From Bdellovibrionales bacterium (lineage in GTDB: Bacteria > Bdellovibrionota > UBA1018 > CAIMNF01): 64,000 nt of DNA. Where the stretch lies: NCBI GenBank assembly GCA_947502835.1, contig CANNBJ010000002.1:397850-461849 (forward strand), in the 5' to 3' direction. Both the position numbers and the translations under genes were made by a program. How positions within the stretch are numbered: the stretch's first letter is position 1; each line of letters opens with the position of its first letter. Below the pieces are notes generated by a model, which was not told the origin of the DNA, did no database searches, and was given only the letters and a program-made list of their open reading frames with translations. This document shows positions 18,497 through 26,962 of this stretch, one piece after another.

Positions 18497-19666
18497 TCAC
18501 GCCCCCGACTTCAAAATCAAATGAGTAATCTCACTTCTCTTTCCAAGGCGATTCGGGGGGCCCCAAAATCCCGTTCCCCGATTCACATACAGTTGTGTTT
18601 GATCGTTCACCCGGTATAACCCCTCCGAGTACTTCAGAACCGTCTTTACGATGAAGGAATAAGGATAAAACTGCCCCGCATGCGTATGTCCTGAAACCTG
18701 AAGGTCATAGCCTGCCTCGGCTGCCTCCTTGATGCTGAAGGGGTTGTGGGCCAGCAGAATCTTGCAGGTGGCGTTGATTTCATTTTTGCAGGCAGCAAAA
18801 GGGTCACTTCGGTGCGATTCCTCATAACGATGTGCGGAATGGTCGAAGACTCCTGCCAGCAGGAGGTGTTCGTCTCCTGCGTCACTCTTCCGGGTCAGGA
18901 TATGATTCGAGTTCTTGAAGACATGGACGCCGATGCTCTCCAGATGTCGGACCCATTCGTGCACACCCGAGTAATACTCGTGGTTACCCGTGCAGAAATA
19001 GACCCCGCTTGGAGCCTTGAGGCGGCTCAAGGGTTCGATTTCGCTTCTCAGTTGCTCAACTGTGCCGTCCACAAGATCACCCGTGATGAAGATTGCGTCC
19101 GCTTCAAGGGACATCACGCGCTCCACCACGTTCTCAAGGTAATCGCGATGAATGAGTGGGCCGATATGAACATCAGAGATTTGCGCGATTTTAAATCCGT
19201 CAAAAGACTTTGGCAGAGTCCGAAGCTTGATTTCAACCCGTTCAATCAGGGGGCCGGCATTCGCCTCGAACATTCCAAGAACCGACGCAGCGGTCGATCC
19301 GGCAATCAACCCGCGGGGGATGCCTGTGGTCATGAAGATCCGCTTTGCCGGATCAAAAGGCTTGGAAAAGAGCCGAAGGATCTCGACAAACAGGAACACC
19401 AGGAAAACGGTGCCAATCCAGCCGAGCAAAGTGAACTGCGTCCATTGCAAAAAATAATCACCGAGTGAAGTCGCGGGAGTGTTGAGGACCCGATTTGAAA
19501 CGGGCCCTGCAATCATGAGGAGTCCGGAGATCCAGAAGAACGCCGCCATGATCCGGTTTCCCTGCGGCGAAAGTCCAAGGTTCCGTTTCAAGATTCGATA
19601 GGTCAGCCAACACACCAGGAAGGTGACGGTGCTGAAGAAGAGCGCGAAGCGAAGGAGCATGCTCAT
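18497..19666 (-). CDS. membrane-anchored calcineurin-like metallophosphoesterase
   Basis: N-terminal TM helices followed by the phosphoesterase motifs ISDVHIGP, ITGDLVDG and GNHEY. Confidence 0.8.
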   Translation of the reverse strand: MSMLLRFALFFSTVTFLVCWLTYRILKRNLGLSPQGNRIMAAFFWISGLLMIAGPVSNRVLNTPATSLGDYFLQWTQFTLLGWIGTVFLVFLFVEILRLFSKPFDPAKRIFMTTGIPRGLIAGSTAASVLGMFEANAGPLIERVEIKLRTLPKSFDGFKIAQISDVHIGPLIHRDYLENVVERVMSLEADAIFITGDLVDGTVEQLRSEIEPLSRLKAPSGVYFCTGNHEYYSGVHEWVRHLESIGVHVFKNSNHILTRKSDAGDEHLLLAGVFDHSAHRYEESHRSDPFAACKNEINATCKILLAHNPFSIKEAAEAGYDLQVSGHTHAGQFYPYSFIVKTVLKYSEGLYRVNDQTQLYVNRGTGFWGPPNRLGKRSEITHLILKSGA

Positions 19667-19670
19667 GGGC

Positions 19671-20627
19671 TCAGCCCTGGCTCACGCTCATCATTTTCAT
19701 GAATTTTTCGCGTCGATGCATGAGTTCTTCGCGGGAGAGGCTCTTCAAGCGGCCGATGCTGAAATCCTGAATCGTGAAGCTTGCCATCACCGTCCCGTAG
19801 ACCACCGCGCGCCGGAGAAGCTGATCCCAGCCATTGGGATCGAGCTGCATCATATCGCGCTTGGCGCCATTCTCGGCAAGGTAGCCCACCACTGCGCCCG
19901 CGAAGCTGTCGCCTGCGCCGGTTGGATCAATCACCTCGTCAACAAGGTACGCGGGTGCGAGAAAGGCGCCGTTCGGAGTAAAGAGCGCCGACCCGTATTC
20001 GCCCCGCTTGATGATGATGTTGGTGGGGCCCATGGTTTGGATTTTTCGCGCCGCCTTTTCAAGGCTCTTCTCGTCAGAGAGCAGGAATGCTTCCTTTTCA
20101 TTGATGCACAGGAGGTCCACCCGCTTCAGGGTTTCTTTCAGCTCCGCAGGCTTCCCTGTGATCCAGAAGTTCATCGAGTCGCAGGCGACCAACTCGTGTC
20201 CGTTCACCTGGTTCAAAACCTGTTGCTGCAGAACCGGATCAATGTTGGCAAGAAACACAACCGGACAGGACTTGTGGGTTTCCGGAAGTCTCGGGTCAAA
20301 ATGTTCGAAAACATTGAGCGCGGTCGCCAGGGTTTTAGCTTCATTCAGGTTGGTGTCGTACTCTCCGACCCAATGGAAGGTCTTGCCTTTCGCAACCTGG
20401 ATCCCGCTGACATCGATGTCACGCTTGCTGAGAAAACTCAGGTGGTCCTGCGGAAAATCATCTCCCACCACGGCCACGATCTTAATCGGCGAGAAGAGGG
20501 ATGCGGCCAAGGAAAAGTAATTCACGGATCCGCCCAAGACCTGATCGGCACGTCCTGCGGGGGTGCGTACAGAGTCAAATGCCATGGAGCCAACTGTCAA
20601 AATAGGGCGGTTTTTCTTGGATTGCAT
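19671..20627 (-). CDS. PfkB-family carbohydrate/nucleoside kinase
   Basis: The DPTGAGDSFAGAVVGYL motif of the ribokinase/PfkB superfamily. Confidence 0.8.
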   Translation of the reverse strand: MQSKKNRPILTVGSMAFDSVRTPAGRADQVLGGSVNYFSLAASLFSPIKIVAVVGDDFPQDHLSFLSKRDIDVSGIQVAKGKTFHWVGEYDTNLNEAKTLATALNVFEHFDPRLPETHKSCPVVFLANIDPVLQQQVLNQVNGHELVACDSMNFWITGKPAELKETLKRVDLLCINEKEAFLLSDEKSLEKAARKIQTMGPTNIIIKRGEYGSALFTPNGAFLAPAYLVDEVIDPTGAGDSFAGAVVGYLAENGAKRDMMQLDPNGWDQLLRRAVVYGTVMASFTIQDFSIGRLKSLSREELMHRREKFMKMMSVSQG

Positions 20628-20639
20628 AGGTGGCCAAGT

Positions 20640-21221
20640 CTAATAGCGGATCTCCTTCGGGTCAACGAATTTGGTCCGTGGACGGGTTTTCGGGGAAGTG
20701 GGAATCGGATTCGCTTCCAGCAGAATTCTCATGGATTCGAGTCCACTCAGCGAGATCGGAATCCTGCTCCACTCCTTGGGCGCGGGGCAAGGGAAATCCC
20801 GATGCCACACCTCGAAATGTTCGCCCAGTGCGCCATGGGGAAAGACGAGCGTTTGCAGACCCGGACTCATCCGGACTTCGAGTGTCTCTCCCCGGAAAGC
20901 CTCGGAGGAGCGCAGAATCCTTTCACGCTCTTCACCCGATTCGATCGGTCGATAGCCGAAAAAGCGCAGGATCGCTCGCCAGAAAGAGGCATCGGGTCGA
21001 TGGGAGCTCCTGTATTCAATGATTGTCATTTCACGAGTGGAAACCATGCTTGCCCACGCAAAGATGCACGAACCCATGAGAAGGGCAATGCCCCTGAGCC
21101 ATCTCAGGGTTTCAGGCGCGAGTTTTGGTTTTGAATCGCCTCCTTGAATCCGCGATAGCGTTTCAGAAAACCACGCTCGAATCCGATCAAGGCGACGAGG
21201 ATCAAGAAGCTCCATACGCAC
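20640..21221 (-). CDS. hypothetical membrane protein (fourth gene of the Flp/TadE cluster)
   Basis: A co-directional ORF with one predicted TM helix (LRWLRGIALLMGSCIFAWASMV). No family assignment. Confidence 0.35.
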   Translation of the reverse strand: MRMELLDPRRLDRIRAWFSETLSRIQGGDSKPKLAPETLRWLRGIALLMGSCIFAWASMVSTREMTIIEYRSSHRPDASFWRAILRFFGYRPIESGEERERILRSSEAFRGETLEVRMSPGLQTLVFPHGALGEHFEVWHRDFPCPAPKEWSRIPISLSGLESMRILLEANPIPTSPKTRPRTKFVDPKEIRY

Positions 21222-21248
21222 ATCTCCACGAGGCTTGAGCCTGCATTC

Positions 21249-21746
21249 CTACCGCGACCATCGGACGGACCATTCATGGTGCTTCTCCGCTTGGATCAGG
21301 GCTTCGGTTTCCAATTTTGCCACGCGGATTCCAAGCCGGATTTCCTTTGGCAAGGCCAAAAGGGATGCTGTGGTTTCAGCCTCAAACACAGTGGCGCCCG
21401 GACTGAGCACTTTGAAGTCGAAGTCTGGAAAAATGCCCCGAAACGGCTGATTTCGGAGGCCGCATCCAAGACCGGGAAAGGTATTCCATCGGACCCGCCT
21501 CTCGTTCCAAGCGGTCTTGATGGCCCGTTGAATCACGGATTCGGCAGTGATGAGTTTCCCGAACAACTCAAGAGCCATTGGTCCCGATGGAGTTGCAAGC
21601 AAGGGAAGGGTGGCAAGCCGGGCTGCCTCGATTCTCCGGTAGGATGCTGAAAGATCATTCAACAAGTGGCGAAGAAGGTGCGCCGCGCCTCCCGCACATC
21701 GATCGAGCGTGATCTGTCGTTGGGCGATGGCCCGAATGTGGATCAT
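21249..21746 (-). CDS. hypothetical protein (third gene of the Flp/TadE cluster)
   Basis: The ATG at 21746 lies immediately after the TadE-like stop. The longer track ORF 21249..22127 overlaps the TadE-like frame, so only the distal part is called. Confidence 0.3.
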   Translation of the reverse strand: MIHIRAIAQRQITLDRCAGGAAHLLRHLLNDLSASYRRIEAARLATLPLLATPSGPMALELFGKLITAESVIQRAIKTAWNERRVRWNTFPGLGCGLRNQPFRGIFPDFDFKVLSPGATVFEAETTASLLALPKEIRLGIRVAKLETEALIQAEKHHEWSVRWSR

Positions 21747-21748
21747 GG

Positions 21749-22099
21749 TCAATCCGAACCCTGCTCCGAGGAGGAAGACGAGGAGTGTGACAGCTCCCCC
21801 CAAAGCGAGGAAGCCCTCCCGACCCATCCCTGAAAAGGGGAAAGAGGATCCGGACTTTCGAGATCGCGAAGGGGACTCAGGGATACGGTCTCTGTCACCC
21901 CACTTCTGCAAACGATTTCCACCTTCACCGGTCGATTTTCCTGAATCAGGCGCGCCCTTGCCTCGAGGAATGCAAGTCGGGCGCATCGGGCACGCTGATA
22001 CTCCAGGCCTCCCCAATGAAGGATCCCCGCAATCAGGGGAAGGATCAGGACAAGCAGTACGATCGAGTGTTCGATCAGGATCTGGCCTTTCCGGTTCAT
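21749..22099 (-). CDS. TadE-like pseudopilin
   Basis: N-terminus MNRKGQILIEHSIVLLVLILPLIAGIL: a G followed by x4 then E prepilin-type site and a hydrophobic helix, matching the TadE-like domain pattern. The ATG overlaps the Flp stop (ATGA). Confidence 0.5.
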   Translation of the reverse strand: MNRKGQILIEHSIVLLVLILPLIAGILHWGGLEYQRARCARLAFLEARARLIQENRPVKVEIVCRSGVTETVSLSPLRDLESPDPLSPFQGWVGRASSLWGELSHSSSSSSEQGSD

Positions 22100-22266
22100 G
22101 GCACATGGATTTGTTGAAGGTGTTCATTCACGGTCTCCAGCTTGGCTTTGATCGTTGTTCCAAGGGTCTTCGATGCTGCAATCGAGCCCACCACGATCAA
22201 CATGGCAAGGATCATGTACTCGCTGAGGCCTTGCCCGGATTGGTTTCGGATGAGGGTTGGTTTCAT
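22096..22266 (-). CDS. flp: Flp/Fap family type IVb pilin (56 aa; not in the ORF track)
   Basis: Manual translation: MKPTLIRNQSGQGLSEYMILAMLIVVGSIAASKTLGTTIKAKLETVNEHLQQIHVP. It carries the Flp motif (G x4 EY, then LIxxLIxV...LGTxI). An AGGAG RBS lies 9 nt upstream of the ATG. The gene is translationally coupled to the TadE-like gene. Confidence 0.7.
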   Translation of the reverse strand: MKPTLIRNQSGQGLSEYMILAMLIVVGSIAASKTLGTTIKAKLETVNEHLQQIHVP

Positions 22267-22303
22267 TTCAGTGTACTCCTTCGGGACATGCCATCTTCAA
22301 AAA

Positions 22304-22339
22304 GCGGGCCAAAGTCCGACCGGTTTGACTTCGGCCCGC
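22304..22339. promoter_or_regulatory. 13-bp-arm inverted repeat in the flp/SPOR divergent intergenic region
   Basis: GCGGGCCAAAGTC then 10 nt then GACTTCGGCCCGC (one mismatch). It sits between the flp start (22266) and the SPOR gene start (22363). It is a candidate operator or 5'-UTR hairpin. Confidence 0.3.
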
Positions 22340-22362
22340 CATCTGGGCACAATCGAGGCAAG

Positions 22363-22968
22363 ATGCAAAAGAGCGAAAAATTTTATATTTTCAGTTGGAA
22401 AGAAGTTCTGGTGCTCGGATTGGTGGCTCTCACGGCAATCGGATTCTTTTTCACCCTTGGGCTCCATTACGGAAAGAAATTGAATCTTGAAGGCAAGGAG
22501 CCCGAAGCTTCTGTCGCAAAATTGGAGTCCGGTCCGGAATCCGTACCTCCGAAGGAAACACTCGAGCAGGGAGCGCACCACATCGAAGGCACTGCAGAGG
22601 AAGCAATCCGCGAGTCCACCCATGATGAAATGGAAGCATCAAAACTGAAAGTGGAGCAGCCAAGGCCTGTGGATCTTCCCGACCACAAAGTCGAGTCCGG
22701 TGCGCCGGAGGCGGGATCTGAGACCCCGGCGGGCAGATTCGCTCTGCAGTTGGGCTCCTACCCGAATTCCAAAGATGCCCAAAAGAAGATTTCGCAATTC
22801 CTGAAGCGCGGGATCAAGACCGAAATGCGCACCGCACTTGTGAATTCGGAAACCCGGTATCGGGTGGTGATCCCCGGGTTTCAGAGTCTGAAACAGGCGG
22901 ATCAAAAGGGCAAGGAACTCAAGGAGTCCAGAAAAGTCGAAAGCTTTGTCGTGATCAAAGCAGAGTGA
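22363..22968 (+). CDS. SPOR-domain protein (DedD/FtsN-like)
   Basis: N-terminal TM helix (VLVLGLVALTAIGFFF) and a C-terminal SPOR domain (FALQLGSYPNSKDAQKKISQFLKRGIKTEMRTALVNSETRYRVVIPGFQSLKQADQ). Confidence 0.75.
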   Translation: MQKSEKFYIFSWKEVLVLGLVALTAIGFFFTLGLHYGKKLNLEGKEPEASVAKLESGPESVPPKETLEQGAHHIEGTAEEAIRESTHDEMEASKLKVEQPRPVDLPDHKVESGAPEAGSETPAGRFALQLGSYPNSKDAQKKISQFLKRGIKTEMRTALVNSETRYRVVIPGFQSLKQADQKGKELKESRKVESFVVIKAE

Positions 22969-23964
22969 TCAGCTCTTGCGCTTTTGGGCATTCAGTTTTT
23001 CAAGCTCGGTCAAGAGCCCGAACGCCCGATACATGAAAATGATGTTTTTTCCGTCGTAGTCAAGGAGGACCTCTTCGCCCGAGACCAGGGTGATGTTCTT
23101 GATGAATCCTTGATCCAGCAACTCCTGCGCAAAACCGAGCGGGATTGCATTTGATTTCAATACCGGTCCGAGATTGAGTCGCTCCATGCCTTCTTCCAGG
23201 GGGGTGGCTTCGGCACGGTTCTGTACGATCAGGGTCAGGACCTTGAAGCCGTTGAGTGAGATTTCCTGCCTTTTTTCATGAGCGGTGAGATTGAGTTCAT
23301 TCAGGAAGTGGATCCATTGATCGAGAAACCGGATGTCGGTAAGAAGAAGGTCTCCCTTCAGGATTTCGATTCCCTTGAATACCTCGATGAGGGAAATCAC
23401 CTTTGCCGCAGGAACTTGAAGGATCTGACCGCTGAATTTCTCGAGGAGTGCGGTCGAAAACTCGATTCCCTCCGAGCTTTGGTTTTTCCCGTATCTGCTG
23501 GCCACAACGAGCAGCCCCGTGCTGAAGCGCAGCAGTTCCTGAATGGTGATGAAGGTGTATTCCTTGGTGCGGTTTCCGTGTTTGTCGATGTCGTACTCGG
23601 TGGAGACATTCTCAAGGATCCTGATGCGGTTGTTCGCGCCCCTCACTCTTGAGGCTATCGTCTTGATGAGGCTTACCAGCCACTCGGGAGCCTGGCCCAA
23701 TGCTGCGTCCAATGCGGGTCTTGTGATTTCGATCACTTCGGTCGTCACCAGGGCTTCGGCGGATGCAGACCGGGGCTGACCATCGAAAAACGAAAGCTCA
23801 CCCACGACTTGTCCTGAGCGGAGTGTTTCGATTTCGATTTTTCCGTCCCCCTTCCGTTTGAAAATCCGGATGGCCCCGCCTTTGATGACGTACATGTTCT
23901 TGGATTGGTCCCCTTCTTCGAAAAGGATGTCTTTTGCCTTCAATATGATTTCTTTGGATGCCAT
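22969..23964 (-). CDS. cyclic-nucleotide-binding domain protein with an uncharacterised C-terminal domain
   Basis: N-terminal cNMP-binding fold (MYVIKGGAIRIFKRKGDGKIEIETLRSGQVVGELSFFDGQPRSASAEA). About 200 aa follow with no Crp-type HTH. Confidence 0.75.
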   Translation of the reverse strand: MASKEIILKAKDILFEEGDQSKNMYVIKGGAIRIFKRKGDGKIEIETLRSGQVVGELSFFDGQPRSASAEALVTTEVIEITRPALDAALGQAPEWLVSLIKTIASRVRGANNRIRILENVSTEYDIDKHGNRTKEYTFITIQELLRFSTGLLVVASRYGKNQSSEGIEFSTALLEKFSGQILQVPAAKVISLIEVFKGIEILKGDLLLTDIRFLDQWIHFLNELNLTAHEKRQEISLNGFKVLTLIVQNRAEATPLEEGMERLNLGPVLKSNAIPLGFAQELLDQGFIKNITLVSGEEVLLDYDGKNIIFMYRAFGLLTELEKLNAQKRKS

Positions 23965-23965
23965 A

Positions 23966-26281
23966 TCACTTTTTCCTCATTTCGATCGACCCATCCCATT
24001 GTTCGGGTGGAGGTGAGTTCCGGAAGTCGTCACAGCGTTCCAGGTAGACTTCGGATGGCTCATCCGCCACCCCGTAAATCTCCTTCGAGAGGACGGAGGC
24101 TTCCCGGAAAAGGGTTGCAGCATCCTCCCAAAGACGCTTCCGGAATGCCGCCTTCCCTTCCTCGAATTTGCCGATGATCCTGGGATCGGTCGGCTGATCG
24201 GAAACGGAGATCAGGCCCACGGCATTCTTCTTGCCCTTGACCTTGACCGTATCGAGAGTCCGGCAATGAAATCGGGTCTGCTCCTGTGCGGGGATCTTCT
24301 CGAGGCATTCTTGTGTGGTCAGGATGTCGCACCCGTAGAGGCGGGTGAGGGACTCGAGTCGGGATGCGAGGTTTACATGGTCTCCGATGACTGTGTAGGC
24401 GAAGATTCGCTTTGAGCCCATGTTCCCGACACTCACGACCCCTGAGTTGATTCCGATTCCCGCACCGACCTCGATTCCGTACCGTTTCTTGAAGTCGGGA
24501 GCGATTTCCTTCAATCGTTTGGTCATTGCCACCGCCGCGGACCAAGCGCGTTCCACATGATCGTCCTGATCCAGCGGAGCTCCCCAGAAAGCCATGATCG
24601 CGTCCCCGATGTATTTGTCGAGGGTTCCCCCGTGTTCAAAAATGATTTCCGTCATTTCCGAAAGGTACTCGTTCAAGAGTTGGGTGAGGGTTTTGGGGTC
24701 CATGTTTTCGGAAAAGGAGGTGAACCCGCGAAGATCACTGAAAAGCACCGTGAGTTCCTTGCGTTCCCCTCCCACCGCGAGACGCGAGGGGTCCTTGAGA
24801 ACAAGGTCCACCACCTGGGGAGCGAGGTATTTGGAAAAAGCATCCCGGACAAATTTCTTCTTTCGCTCCTCGAGAATGTACCGGACGGAGAGAATCAATC
24901 CGAAGATCGCAAGGATCTCGAGAAACAGGAAAGCAGTGGGGAGATTGATGTGGTTTCCAAACAAGAGCCGGATGTCGATCCACCCGAATCCCGCCATGAA
25001 TGAGGTGAACAAAATCAGGCTCGGAATGGCTTGAAGGGTGGAAAACGCCCACGAAAAGAGAAGCCCCAGCACGATGAGCGAGGCCAGCGGGAGCCAAGGC
25101 ATTCCGATTCCGCTTGCGGAACGAAGCTCATCGCGGTCGATCAGGTTGCCGGCGGCGGTTGCGTGACCCTCCACGCCCGGCGTATTGAAGTCGAAGGGGA
25201 ATGCCCGCATGTCATAGATTCCCGTGGCGGAGGTGCCGAAAAACACATGGGAATCCTTGAAGATCTCTCGATCTGCCGGACTGCCGGATTCAAGAGTCCG
25301 GAACAAGTCGATCACATTCACATACTTGAAGGAACGGCTCTTTCCCTTAAAATTCAGATTGATGTAGCCCACGGGTGTGATGGCGATGGGATTCCCCGGA
25401 TCCTTTTCGAAGTAGGCTCTTGAAATCAAGCCATCTGCGGAGAACTCGAGTTTCAACCGGTCGTCACGGGCAAGTTCCGCCAGCTTCAGTCCCAACGACG
25501 GATACACCCGCCCGTTGGCGAAGTTGACGAGACCGTACCGGCGGATATAGCTGTCGGAGTCAGGATTGATCTGAAAGGATCCCGCGTGGAGTGCCGCGTC
25601 CGCGAGAATCGGGATGTTCGAGAATACGCGGACCATGAACTGGAACGGACTTCGATCCTGGATCGCATCGGGAAACCCGTAGGGATCGGGTTGGGCGAAT
25701 TTGGCCAGAGTGGTGTCGATCGTTTGATTCAATTCGGGGTCGTGGATGGGGCATTCTTCTTTCAGTGTGTACCGGGGTTGGCAATAGAGGTCGGCTGCAT
25801 ACCCGAGGACCAGGCGTTTGCGATAGGCTTGGATCACACGGGCAAGGTTCGGATCGCCTTCCAGTTTCCTCGCCTCCGACAAAAGAAACGGTTTTTCCTT
25901 CAAAAGTTCATAAAGCTCATCGGGGACGGTTTTTTCCGCTTCTGAAAAGGTGACATCGAGTGCGAGGGTTTTCGCGCCCAGTTTGAAGATGGCATGGATG
26001 ATGTCGGCATAGGTGTTCCGCGCCCATGGCCACCTTCCGATCAAGCTCACTGAATCATCATCGGCATCGACAATGATGATCTTCCCGGGGGCCGGCTCCG
26101 GCCCGCGGAGACGGAACTTGATGTTGGTCATGAGTCCATTGACGGACTGTGCGATCGGATAAAGTTTGTCGTTCAGTGCGGGATGCAGTTTGCCTTGTTC
26201 GCCCAGGTCGGAGGTGATCTGAAACACCGAAGCGGTCAGAATGATCGGAATCGACAAGGCCCAAAGAGGAAACTTGGTCAT
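23966..26281 (-). CDS. CHASE2-sensor class III adenylate/guanylate cyclase
   Basis: An N-terminal CHASE2 domain with TM helices, then the cyclase catalytic core (LTVLFSDLRGFTSFSE...KYIGDAIMAFWGAP...GINSGVVSVGNMGS...YTVIGDHVNLASRLE). Confidence 0.85.
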   Translation of the reverse strand: MTKFPLWALSIPIILTASVFQITSDLGEQGKLHPALNDKLYPIAQSVNGLMTNIKFRLRGPEPAPGKIIIVDADDDSVSLIGRWPWARNTYADIIHAIFKLGAKTLALDVTFSEAEKTVPDELYELLKEKPFLLSEARKLEGDPNLARVIQAYRKRLVLGYAADLYCQPRYTLKEECPIHDPELNQTIDTTLAKFAQPDPYGFPDAIQDRSPFQFMVRVFSNIPILADAALHAGSFQINPDSDSYIRRYGLVNFANGRVYPSLGLKLAELARDDRLKLEFSADGLISRAYFEKDPGNPIAITPVGYINLNFKGKSRSFKYVNVIDLFRTLESGSPADREIFKDSHVFFGTSATGIYDMRAFPFDFNTPGVEGHATAAGNLIDRDELRSASGIGMPWLPLASLIVLGLLFSWAFSTLQAIPSLILFTSFMAGFGWIDIRLLFGNHINLPTAFLFLEILAIFGLILSVRYILEERKKKFVRDAFSKYLAPQVVDLVLKDPSRLAVGGERKELTVLFSDLRGFTSFSENMDPKTLTQLLNEYLSEMTEIIFEHGGTLDKYIGDAIMAFWGAPLDQDDHVERAWSAAVAMTKRLKEIAPDFKKRYGIEVGAGIGINSGVVSVGNMGSKRIFAYTVIGDHVNLASRLESLTRLYGCDILTTQECLEKIPAQEQTRFHCRTLDTVKVKGKKNAVGLISVSDQPTDPRIIGKFEEGKAAFRKRLWEDAATLFREASVLSKEIYGVADEPSEVYLERCDDFRNSPPPEQWDGSIEMRKK

Positions 26282-26886
26282 GGTACCGTGCGCCCTTTTC
26301 TGCGACTCAAGGTGAATGCGAGGGTTCCAAGGAGAAGTGCACTCACAAGGAGAATGGTTTGAAACCGTTTGAATCCCGAAATGACTCCATCAATGTTGGA
26401 TCCTGCGGCATGAGCGAGATTCATCAGAATCGAAAGGTAAATCACAGTCGAGATGCCATTCAGGAGGTAAAAGGTCCTGGGATGGATGCGGAGGGTTCCC
26501 GCGGTGAAAAAGAGGGCGGTCCGGATGAAGGGCATGAACCGGATGCAGAACACAAAACGACTCCCTTTTTGCGAGAGGAACCCTTCCGCCTGTTTCAGTT
26601 TCGATTCCGGGAGGATCCATTTGAACGGGGCCCTTCGAAGAAGTCCCGGGCCGAATTTCCGTGCGATGAAAAAATTGATCGAGTCACCGGTGATCAGCCC
26701 GAGAAAGGCGATGGGGATCAGGATCGGCAGCTTGAACAGGCCTGCAGCCGCAAGCATGGATGCAGCGATCAGAATCAGATCCGAATTGAGAGGTGCGCCA
26801 ACACCGCATGCGATGAGGCACGTGTAAAAAACAAAGTATCCTTCCGGACCGCTGAACCGCATGAGAAATTCCCTGGCCTGCTCCAT
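26278..26886 (-). CDS. DedA/TVP38-family membrane protein
   Basis: DedA topology and motifs (GxxxxFxxR...FIRTA). The stop overlaps the cyclase start (ATGA). Confidence 0.8.
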   Translation of the reverse strand: MEQAREFLMRFSGPEGYFVFYTCLIACGVGAPLNSDLILIAASMLAAAGLFKLPILIPIAFLGLITGDSINFFIARKFGPGLLRRAPFKWILPESKLKQAEGFLSQKGSRFVFCIRFMPFIRTALFFTAGTLRIHPRTFYLLNGISTVIYLSILMNLAHAAGSNIDGVISGFKRFQTILLVSALLLGTLAFTLSRRKGRTVP

Positions 26887-26962
26887 CCCATCATTTTATG
26901 GAAATCGAGCCGAAAAATCACCTGAAACCCGTGTGGAACGCGAGTGCCAAAATAGTGGTATG

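Noticed and set aside
21249-22127. 292-aa track ORF spanning the TadE-like gene in another frame.
   Set aside because: Its proximal 127 aa are P/R/S/G low-complexity and overlap a frame with a credible prepilin N-terminus. Only the distal part after the ATG at 21746 was kept, as a low-confidence hypothetical.
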